Source of the DNA: Malacoraja senta
Lineage: Eukaryota
Assembly: GCA_038087875.1 (NCBI GenBank)
Contig: CM075987.1
Coordinates: forward strand, 21,764,001-21,828,000
DNA length: 64,000 nt
Direction: 5' to 3'
Shown: piece by piece, positions 14,001-26,000 of the stretch
Layout of the letters: the number at the start of each line of letters is the position of its first letter
How positions within the stretch are numbered: position 1 is the first letter of the stretch
Notes under the pieces: model-generated
Databases searched by the model: none
Seen by the model: the letters and a program-made list of their open reading frames with translations, nothing else
What the model was told of the DNA's origin: nothing
Made by a program: the position numbers and the translations under genes

Positions 14001-17000
14001 TCCCATTCGGACAAAACAGTGTACAAATGTTCATCACAATACCGCCGAGTGGTTATTCGTGTATTATATTAATTTTAACTCATTCACGTGTGTCCAATCT
14101 TTCACCTTATTCTCTGTAGCAGATGCATGTCCCTCCTCATGACTCTCTCTGGCCAGTGCACTATCCCTCTCCGACCCCATATTTCGCTACACATAGACTT
14201 ATCTTTAAATACATTGAGCACAATTCTCACACCACCATTGTGTGTGGAAACTTACTTTGAGTTTGTATCCTGACAGGGTGAGCATTCTCCTATGTGGGAA
14301 GCTGAGAATCTTTGGAGCTTTAGTTAGATCCTGAATACGCACAACCTGGGGGACTAGGAGTTAGAGGGAATATCAAAATCACACAATTAAAAAGCAATAC
14401 AGTCTCTGTCATTTAATAATCCACACTTGTCAAGTTCAGTCGCCTACATTGGGCAAATAGTGTTGATCAACTAGTATTGGCAGTGGTTTCAAGGACAATG
14501 CTGTTGCTGTTAAGGCATTGAGCAAGATATTCCTGATAGCTTAATGGGTTTCTTGCTGCTGATTTGATGTCTATTAACTTCAGCCAGTCAGATTTTTGAG
14601 CAATTTCGATCAGCACTTCTGATTGCCCATTGGTGACCACGGTTTAAAGTTACACATTGACTTTAATGCAGTAAAACAGGCCCATGCACTTCACAGACTT
14701 AAAGAAACATCGTAAGGAAGACGGGAGAGGCAGAAATGCAAGAGATAATTCCAGAGGTAATGCTCAGACAGCTGAAGGCACAGCTACCTGTGCTGGACTA
14801 ATTAAAGTGCTGCATGTGTAAGAGGTTCAGATTGGGTCAACTGAAGGGATTTCCAAAGGAGGCAAGAGCAAAGAAGACGTCAGGGATGGGAAGGTTTTAA
14901 ACAAACGTCAACATCCTCTCTCTCTTTTCAGATAAATTCTTTAAACCGAGTAGGTTCTAACAGAAAAAAGTTCCTCAGTCTGCTAATTGGACATGTATAA
15001 ATCAGACGACATCACATTATAAAAATATCACCTATACGGTCAGAAGTAATAATGGCTGTAGAATGTAGTATTTTACTTCGGAGTCACGTGAGTGACTACG
15101 TGAAGAACCCCGCCAGTGCGCCTGCGCGTCATTACGTCAGACGCCTTGACGCAAACGGACATGAGGAGCAGAGTTCCTCTAATGGATTTGTAGTTTTTTA
15201 ACTACAAGGTAAGTAAAAAATGTTTTCAGTATTTTCAGGTCCATTTACTGTGGGTCTGTGGGGATTTTTTCCACAGACGCCATGGGAAAAAACGGGCAGG
15301 GGGAAGAGGCGAGCGACTCAGCCGACAGAAAGTCGGGAAAGTCGGGAGTCTGCGGTTAGCGACCAACCGCCTCTAACCCCGGTACAGTCGCCAGCGGTGA
15401 GCGTAGCGACTGTGCACCTGGGGCCGGTGAAAACACAGTCAGCGCCTGTCGGGCGCAAGGCCAAGTTCGAATCGAAACGGGCCATAGAATCATAGAATCA
15501 TAGAATCATAGAAAGTAGGTGCGAGAGCAGACCACCAGGTCCATCGAGCCCGCACCGCCATTCGCTCATGGCTGAACACCAAACAAACACCCCTACCCAC
15601 AAACAGTAGACACAAGACACAGAACACAAGACACTACCCTCCCCTTTATACCGCTATCACCCCTCTCCACCCCAAGAACCGCGTGATCTCCTGGGGGAGG
15701 CAAAAAAACGGATAAAAACCCAGGTCCAATTCGGGAAAAAAATCCGGGAAATTCCTCTCTGACCCCAATCCAGGCGATCGACACTTGTCCAGGAGATCAC
15801 TCAGGTCTTACTATACTAACCCTACCTAGGTCCATATCCCTGCCCTCTCCCCGTAACCCCTTATCCCCTTGGCAGCTAAAAAACCATCTATTTTAGACTT
15901 AAATATATTTAATGTTTCTGCTTCCACTGCTCCCTGGGGCAGTGAATTCCATAAATTAACCACCCTCTGGGTGAAGAAGTTCTTCCTCATCTCAGTTTTA
16001 AAAGAGCCCCCCCCTTATTCTGCAACTATGTCCCCTAGTTCTAGTTTCCCCGATCATTGGGAACATCCTTGGTGCATCCACCCGATCAAGGCCCCTCACG
16101 ATCTTATATGTTTCAATGAGATCGCCTCTCATTCTTCTAAACTCCAAAGAGTAGAGTTCCAGCCTACTTAACCTTTCCTCATATGTCAATCCCCTCATTG
16201 CAGGAATTAATCTTGTAAACCTTCGCTGCACTGCCTCCAGGGCCAGTACATCCTTTCTTAAGTATGGACCCCAGAACTGTACACAGTATTCCAAATGTGG
16301 TCTCACTAATACTGTGTACAGCTGCAGCAAGACCTCCGTGTTTTTATACTCAATCCCCCTAGCAATAAAGGCCAAAACTCCATTGGCCTTCCTGATAGCT
16401 TGCTGCACCTGCATACTAACTTTTAGTGATTCATGTACTACTACCCCTAGATCCCTTTGCGTTGCATTACAGCGCAGCTCCTCCTCATTTAGAAAATAAC
16501 TTGCCCTATCATTTTTTTCCCCAAAGTGAATGACTTCACATTTATTAGTATTAAATTTCATCTGCCAAGTTGTTGCCCACTCACCTAGCTTATCTATATC
16601 CTTTTGCAGACTCTTCCTATCCTCCTCATCCCCTACTTTTCTTCCCATTTTTGTATCGTCCGCAAATTTTGATATATTACACTTGGTTCCCTCCTCCAAA
16701 TCATTTATATAAATTGTGAACAACTGGGGTCCCAGCACCGACCCTTGCGGAACCCCGCTAGTTACCGGTTGCCATCCCGAATATGAACCATTTATCCCCA
16801 CTCTCTGCTTCCTATTTGGGCCACGGAGGAGGAGTCCCAGGAAATGGAAATGGAAGAAGCTCCAGGGCTAGATACTGCTTTTAAGCGTATTGCCCAAATG
16901 GAAAGCCTGCTACATAGGCTGTTGGAGCGAAGCACTCAGGTAAGAGTGTACTGAAATCCAAGCTGCTGGAAGCAGCTCAACAGCTCCTGGTACAGGGCTG

Positions 17001-20000
17001 ATGAAATGCACCCTCAGGGATGAGGAGCGTGCCACGGGTCATGAGATTTCAGACCCGACTCTGACGGTGAGGCTATACAAGGCGAAGAACGGCAGCTGCC
17101 AGATGTTCCACCCCTGGCAGTACGATTTGCTGCCCGTCAGGGTCAGGAGAGCCATTAGGAGAAGAATTGGCCTCCCTAATAAATTACTTGGTTTCCCATC
17201 AGCTGGAACAGCAGGAGATGGATGAGAATGCAAGAAAATATGAGTTGAGTATGACTATGAGAACTCAAGAATTGAAATTGCAGAGAATATTAAAGCTGTT
17301 GGGTTCTGGAATAACTGCTTTTGCCAGAATAGCGGATAAAAGCCAAGAGATGAGGGAGTTGCATCAGGAAGCACTGGGGTTGCTATGCAGCACCCGCTTC
17401 AAGATCAATTGTCTGAGGAAAGGTGCTATACGGCCTACTATAAATCCAAAATTCGCAGCACTCTGCAAACCAAGTAATGTACAATTACCCAACTTACTCT
17501 TTGGAGAGGATTTCGGGAGACATATTAAAGAGTTGGAAGATGAAGCGAAAACAGGATTGATGAAAACATCAATGGTTGTAAAGTCTGTAAAGAGGAAGTA
17601 TCCTTTCAGACGTCATACGGATCCTGGACCAGGACCAAGTCGCTCATTAACGCAGGGACGTAGCTGGCGGCCTGCAGCGGGAGCAAGAACCAGTGGGGGT
17701 GCTTCTGGGAGAATCCAGGGATCTCAGAGTACTCAAATGACTCAAGAAGTAGGTGGACCTGGTTCTCATGGGAACATACTAACCGGATTAAGTCCAAAAG
17801 CTGGAGGCAGATTACGTCTCTTCTATAACAATTGGAAGAAGATTACTTCAGATGTGGTAATTCTGAATAGTATACAAGGATTTCGAATTAAATTCAATCC
17901 AAATTATGATTTGCCTGTCCAGCATGTTCCTAGCAGAACTCTCCACTTTGCACAAAAAGAAGTGATGGAGGTTCAAGCTGCATTTCAAACCCTATATATA
18001 AAAGGTGTTATTGAAGAATCAGTCTACCAAATTCACCAATTTGTGTCAAATATATTCCCTCGATCAAAAAAGGATGGAGGATGTAGGATTATTCTAGACT
18101 TGACAAGTCTGAATCCTTTTGTTTAATTTAAACATTTTAAAAGGGAGACATTTGTGACTGCCAAACAACTTATTTCAGAAGCATGTCATATGGCAACTAT
18201 AGATTTAAAAGATACATATTATTCAGTGTCTGTTTACTCGGAAGATAGGAAGTATCTTAAATTTACATGGATGAACCAGTTATGGCAGTTCAAAGCTTTG
18301 CCTAATGGGTTAACGTCCGCTCCCAGAATATTCACAAAATTGTTAAAACCAATTCTGGGGTTGCTAAGCCAGGGGCATTTACTAATGGCATACTTGTATG
18401 ATGTCCTGATTATAGGAAGGACAAAACAGTCAACAGAAGCATCTGTTGCAGTTGTGAAATCAACTTTTGAAAGTTTGGGGTTTCTAATTCATCCAAAGAA
18501 ATCAAGGTTAACACCATGTACCTCGATTGATTATTTGGGGTTCACAATTGATTCAGTCCAAATGAAAATTACTTTGCCCAGTGAAAAAAGGGTGGAGTTG
18601 ATTAAAGATTGCAGTAATCTGTTAAACGAGCAAAAACCCTCAATCAGACAGGTGGCTCGAGTACTGGGAAAATTAGTAGCAGCATTCCCAGCAGTCCAAT
18701 ACGGACCATTACATTATCAACAGTTGCACAGAGTTAAAGAACAGGCACTGAGAATGCATGCTGGTCATTTTGATAGAACCATGCAACTAACAACAAATGC
18801 TGTTTCTGATCTGCAGTGGTGGATTCTACATGTCTCAAGCAGTTCCAGCAAAGTGCTGATTGAACAACCTTCCATGATATTACAAACTGATGCCAGTGCA
18901 CTAGGATGGGGTGCAACTGACTTAGCATCTAGCTGCGGTGGCAGATGGAATCAGGAAGAGTCATTGTTACTGCAGACATGGGGAGTTAACTATTTGGAGT
19001 TTTAGGATGTTTCTATGGACTCCAAGCTTATTGTTCTAACACAACTAAAAGGCATGTTCAAGTTCAAATTGATAAACACAACAGCAGTTGCCTATATTAA
19101 TGATATTGGTGGAATCAAGTCGGGGTCATGTGACAAAATGGCTAATCAACTTTGGTCTGGGTGTATTGAAAAGAACATTTGGATTTCAGCTATCTATCTA
19201 CCAGGTAGAATGAACACGATAGCAGACACCAGGTCACGAAAGTTCCATGATAATAAGAATGGATGTTGAATCGAGAGGTATTCAATGATATAGTAATCAG
19301 ATTTGGAATGCCCGACATCGACTTGTTTGCATCTAGACTGAATCATCAGCTATCGAGATATGTCTCATGGGAATCAGATCCAGGAGCAGTGGCGATTGAT
19401 GCTTTCTCGTTACATTGGGGTGGTATGTTTTCATATATATTTCCACTTTTCTGCCTCATAAGCCAATGTTTGCTTAAAATCAGGCAAGATGCTGCTTCAG
19501 GGGTATTGGTAGTACCAGATTGGCCTACACAGCCATGGTATCCGTTGATATTAGAATTAACAACACAAATGTTGATGAAAGTCCCAAAAAGGAGTAATTT
19601 ATTGCTGCACCCTGTAACAGGGGAACAACATCCATTATATGATCGTTTGGATTTGTTGATTTGCAGGTTTTAAGAAGGCCTTTTCTGGAGCGAGGACTGT
19701 CTGAGTGTACTGTGGACATGCTTACGGCAGCCTGGAGGAAGAGCACTCAAAAACAGTACCTTTCTTATATTAAGAAATGGGAAGAGTTCTGTGTACAAAA
19801 GAATGTGCAATATAGTACTGCAGATATTTCAAATGTTTAGAATTTCTGTCAAAACTTTATTATGATAAAGGTCTGAGGTGTAGTGCAATTAATTCGGCCA
19901 GAAGTGCATTGTCCTCATATTTGGTTCTGGATTCAGAAAGAAACCCAATTGGGTCACACCCAATTGTTTCCAGACTAATGAAAGGAATCTTTAATTCCAA

Positions 20001-23000
20001 ACCACCGAAACCTAGGTACATGACAATCTGGGATGTAAGTGTGGTACTGAAACTACTTCGTGAATGGTCACCAAGTGTGTCTTTACCTTTGGCCAAGCTC
20101 AGTATGAAAGTATTCATGCTTATGGCATGAGTGACAGCACAACGAGTGCAAACACTTGGAAAATTACAAATAGACAGTATGGAAGTAACTGAAGGCAAGG
20201 TTACATTCTATATCTATGACCTACTAAAGCAAATTAGGCCAGGTGTGACAGGATTTAAAATTATGCTAGCAGCATATCCAAATGACCCTTGTCTCTGTGT
20301 TAAGACATATTTGTTACAATACATTGAGGTCACAAAGAATTTGAGAAATACGGAAACTGGGTTGTTGATCACACACAAGAAACCACACAAGAGAGTTTCA
20401 ATACAGACTATTTCCAGATGGATAAAAGAAGTCTTAACAGCTGCTGGTATTAACACTTATGTTTTTATGTCTCACTCGACTAGGGCAGCAGAAACGTCGG
20501 CAGCCAGGGCAAAAGACGTCCCCGTCGACCATATCCTCGCAGCCGCCGGGTGGTCCAATGAGTTGATGTTTCAACATTTTTACCATCGGCCTATTGTTAA
20601 TGCGGGATTGTTTGCAGAAACTATTTTAAGTTCTGTGTAAATTCCTCTGGTTTAAAGGGGATCTGATTAATTTCATTATTGAAATGAATTACTGCATTTG
20701 TGGTACAAATGATATTATGAATGCATGATTGATTATTCTCGTTCCGAGTCAATCAATGCAGTGAGAAGCCAGGATTGATCTACGGCATGAAATCACAGAG
20801 CTTTAAAATCTTCACGTAGTCACTCACATGACTCCGAAGTAAAATAGTAAGATTAAACGAGAACTTACCAGTTTGAAGTTTGATAGTAAGATTAAACGAG
20901 AACTTACCTAAGTTTGAAGTTTGATCTTTATTTTATGAGGAGTTACGTAGGTGATTACGTGCCCACCACGACCGTACCCTCTATCATAAAGGTCAGATGG
21001 AAGTTCTTGTATTACTCGTTTTATTATGAGACTATATTACTTCGGTTGTTGTTTTTTGTGGTTTCACACCGCTGCTTTGAAGATTGACGCGCAGGCGCAC
21101 TGGCGGGGTTCTTCACGTAATCACATACGTAACTCCTCATAAAATAAAGATCAGACTTCAAACTGGTAAGTCCTCGTTTAATCTTACTATTAACATGACG
21201 TTCCATATAAAACTGTAAAGTGGGTGTTTATTCACTGAAATTTTCACTGAATAATTTGTGCTGGAGATGATCTACTTATAGGCTGGGTAAAGATCAACAT
21301 ACTCAATATATAGATGTATATATTATCTAAAAAGATCTATTGATTTATTTTGTTTTTTTAAGTGAAGGCAGTAAAATAGACTTAAATCTTCAGTTGAATG
21401 AGTTTTGTTTTTAATTTTTTAATCAAAAAGTGTGAGAGCTGAACTCCACAACACTGACCATACATTGGATCCAGTACCAAAGTATATGGAACTGATGCAT
21501 TGAAATGCTGAGAACTATGTTCTGCACTCTGTATCTTCCCCTTTGCACTATCTACTGTACTCAAGATTGAATTGTTTGAATGTATGTATGGTGCTGTATG
21601 TCTGATCTGTTTGAATAGCATGGAAAACATAGCTTTTCATTGTACTTCAATTCTCATTTACACTTTCATTGTACATGACAATAAAAAACCTAAACCTAAA
21701 ACTTGCTTCCAAGTTACCTGACCCAAACCCGACAGGTTCAAACTATTGTCACGGTTGGGATTTCTGTACTGGTAAGGGGAGGTCAAATTTTATATTTTAT
21801 ACCCAAGTTGATCTCAAATACCCATGGCATCATACTACTGGGGAGGCTAAATTAGAAAGTTTTTTAGTGTCCGACATTAAACATACACTTACTGAGTCTT
21901 ACCTGGCTTGCTGATGGTAATGGGCAGGCTGTAGTTAAATGTGCTGCGCTTTGCCTTCACTGGCATGTCCGAGGGCATATAACCTGTAAAGTAAAATACA
22001 ATGATGTCTGTACCCTCATTGACACTTAATAGTGACATTTCCATTTACTGGTTCTTTATAGGTTTTTGTAGACTCGGGAACAGATACTTTCCCTCTGTTG
22101 GTACACAAAAATGCTGGAGAAACTCAGCGGGTGCAGCAGCATCTATGGAGCGAAGGAGATAGGCAACGTTTCGGGCCGAAACCCTTCTTCAGACCCTCTG
22201 CTATCAGACTACTGAATGGTTCTCCCATAAGCTAGGGTTGCAGTACAAATCTTCCAACCCACCTCAATGCGGACAATGGACTTTGTCCTCTGTAACTGTA
22301 ACACTATAATGCTGAAATCTATATTCTGCAGTTTTCCTTTGCTCTAATGCCATCCTTTTGTATGACTGGATTGTATCAGATTTAACTCGGTAGCACGCAA
22401 AAACAAGAACTTTTCATTGTATTGGGGTACACGTGACAATAATAAACCAATACCATTCAGGAGCAGGTATGTAATGTCTTTCCTGAGCAATAATGCTGTG
22501 CAGGGAGTTGAACACAAAACATTCCCAGGAATGCTGCACCAGCAGAGGAGGATTACTGAGGGACCAGCAATACCAAGAGAGTGCCTCATCGACAGGGGGT
22601 ACAGTTTTCAAATAAGGTGTCAAATCAGGGACTTGGCTGTCCTCCCAGCTTAATAGAGAAGATCCCACAACATCACTTCAGTGACTGCATTCATCCATTC
22701 CAGGAAACATCCTGGTGAATGAGTTGTTTCACCAGGACGTTGCCTGGAAAGGATGAATGCAGTTACGAGGAGACTGGTTAGGCTGGGTTAATTCTGTTTG
22801 ATGAGACAACAACTAGGGAATTATCTGATTGAGATATACAAAATATTGAAGATACTGATGGATAAATACGGAGAAATATTTTCACTTAACAGGGATATCC
22901 ATGACGAAGGCATAAGTTAAAGGGCAAGTGATAGGAGTAGACACAAGGAACTGCAGATGCTGGTTAACAGAAAACTGCTGGAGTAGCATCTCTGGAGAAC

Positions 23001-26000
23001 ATGGATAGGTAGCGTTTTGGGTCGGGACCCTTCTACAGACTCCAAGAGATAGGAGATTTAAGGAAGAATATTTTCCATCCTAAATTGTTTGAAATCTGAC
23101 TCTATGAACATGAAAGATTTCCCAAGCAGCCTAGACCATCTTTATTCCTCAATAAACTGAAACAAAAGATCTGTCGCTTCTTATCACATTGTCATTTTGG
23201 TAGTCTGCTGCACGCAAATTGGACGCAATATTCCTTGAAGATGTTGCCATAGGTTCACTCACATCCGCAAGGCCAGATGGGAGTTCAGCTTAGCATCTAA
23301 TATAAAAGATGGCAGGTGACAGTGTAGCAGTCCCACAATACTACACTAGGAGATCAACTGAACAGAGAAGAGAAAATGTAGGTAGAAAATACAGACATTC
23401 ATTTCCTTGTATTACATGTATATTTTTTTGTTTTTAAGCACAGAGTGTAATTAGTTTCTCCTTCCATCAGTTACCATGTTTGGTGCTGCAACGAAGTCTG
23501 AAATCCAACACCTGATAAATCTTTGCCTTGGAATCTTTCCTTGGGTCATATCCGAACCTCACCCAGAGACTTCGCCAGGGACCTGTAAGCTGTGAAAAAG
23601 AGCGGACAAGCATGAGGTAATGCATTTTGGAAGATCAAATCTCTCGTGGGACATACCGAGTAAACGGCAGTGGCTTTAGGAGCATGGATGTACAGAGACT
23701 GGAGTGCAAGTTCATAAATGAAAATGGTGATATGAGTGAATAGGGTGATGAAAAAGGCATTTGGTGTGCTTGCCTTCATAGGCTGGGGACATGTTGCTGT
23801 TGTACAAAGTATTGGTCAGACAAGTACACTGTGTACAGTTCTGGTCACCATACGATAGGAGGATATGGTAGCAATAGAAAGTGTGCAGAAGAGATTCACC
23901 AGGATGTTGCCTAGAATGGTGAGTCGTAGTTATAAGAGATTGAATAGATTGGCTTTATTCACATTGTAAGGTAGGAGGTTGAGAGTAGACCTTAGAGGTT
24001 TATAAGAATGTGAAGCGCATAGACAGTCTGTTGCTTTTTTCCAGGGTAGAGAAGCTCAGATTTAGAGGACATGGGTTTAAGGTGAAAGGGGAGAAATTTA
24101 AAGGACATCTTCTTCTTCTTGCGTATGGCGTGCGCAGCCTAAAGTTGTAGGACAACTTGTTCTATTTGATCTATTTGTTTGTGCATGTCGGGTTGATTGC
24201 ATTAGTCGAATCAGGGTGGACCACATGAAGGTTGCAATCTCCCACCCCAAAGGGGTAGGCTTGTCACATAGAGGGCAGTGAATATCTGAAACATCTGCCA
24301 AGAAGTGGTGGTAGAGGCAGATATAATTACAATGTTTAAAAGGGGTGCAGGCATGTACTCGGAGAGGAAAGGCATAGAAGGACAGTGGTCTAATGCAGGC
24401 AAATGGGATTAGCATAGATGGACATCATGAACGGTCGGCATGGATGAGGTGGGCCGAAAGGGGCTGATGGTGTGCTGTATGATTCTTTGTCGAGCACCCT
24501 CTGTGACTCACCATGTAGTAGGCTACAAAAGGCAGCAGCAGCTTCAGCTTCTCTGGATGCACATTAATATTTGACTTAACTGCATTTCTGGACCAAACAG
24601 GCCGGATTGCAAAGATCTGAGGAGACAGATAACAGATCTGCACAATGAGATGCCAAGTTCTACCATTCACAAGTACAAGGCCGCATCTCACAATAATGTA
24701 CGTGTAATACTTTGTTTGTTGATGGAAATAGCACATCAACACGGCCAGCACCATCAAAAATACCGGAAACTGATACAGAGAATACTAGAAGCCCTCAGAA
24801 GGTTAAGTAACGTATGTGGAAAGGGAAACAGATTATGTTTCAGGTTTAAGACTCTTCTAATAATCTGATATATTAATTCTGTTTAATTTTCCACAGACAC
24901 AGCTTGACCTGTTGAATATTTCCGTCAGTTTCTGTTATTTATACTGTATCATTGCACTCCACAAAAAATTGAAAATTATGAGTCTTTCATGAACTCAGGA
25001 CGTCTCAAATCACTTTACAATCAACAAAGCATTTTGAAGTGTTGACAGCTTGTAATATGGGAAATTGCTGCAGCCAATTTGTCTTACAAACAACAATGTA
25101 ATAATTCCACCACTAAGAATATTTACCACCCCACCAGGAAGAATTTATCTGCTGTTTATTGAAAGGTTTTCAATATGGATCTAAATAAGCAACGTTCAAG
25201 CACTTTAATTGAAAAATGGACACCAGTACTGCTCACCCCTTTCAGTTCTTCTTCAACTTTCCGGTCTGCTGCCTGAGTGTTAAATTTGCTCCAGTTCTGA
25301 ACGGCAGCTTCAAGTGGCTGGGATGGGACCTCGGCATCGTCAAAGTTTACAAATATGGCGTTGTGGGGACGGCGTGCTCGCCCCAGACCAATCAGATTCT
25401 CGTTGGACAGTTTTGGAGGCTGATATCCTTCCCTGAGAAACAGACAAAATAATTGCCAATGAGTTTTGCTCTCAAAATCACACCCAATATATCTTCCGCT
25501 GTTCTGCCACAAATCCAAGAATGAAACCATTCGTAGGATGAGAGATCAAAAATTCAATTAGAATGGATTTGTGACCAATCATTGGGAAAAGTAACAGGAA
25601 TTTCTCAACATCAGTTTGTAATTTTAGAGTTTGTGAAATAATTGGTATCAACTAACAGAATGTGAAAGAGTTTGTATTATCATTATACTTTTTGTAACCG
25701 TGGGATATCACAAGCACCTTGCAATTAAGTAGGAATTAAGTAGGAATTGGGGGGAGGGGGTGATGAAAATAAATTGAAGGGACTCGGCTTCATTCTTAGA
25801 GCTTTGAAGTGAGATGGACATAAAATGCTGGAGTAACTCAGCGGGACAGGCAGTGTCTCTGGAGAGAAGGAATGGGTGACGTTTCGGGTTAAGACCCTTC
25901 AGACTGGTCTCAGAAGGGTGTTGACCCGAAGCTATGAAATCCTGCTGAGTTACTCCAGCATGTTGTGTCTTTCTTTGATTTAAACCAGCATCTGCAGTTC

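Larger units (their letters stand above)
15069..21191 (+). mobile_element. DIRS1-type tyrosine-recombinase retrotransposon, full length, decayed, in GTF3C5 intron 7
   Basis: Left ITR 15069-15131, right ITR plus extension 21085-21191, internal complementary region 20809-20961. Contains gag-like, RT/RNaseH/MT and YR reading frames with stops and frameshifts. Confidence 0.93.
23610..24485 (+). mobile_element. Decayed CR1 3' fragment (host of the 24108-24248 insertion)
   Basis: CR1 RT-end similarity (cagttctggtcacc, gagattcaccaggatgttgcc) and CR1-type tail. Confidence 0.75.
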
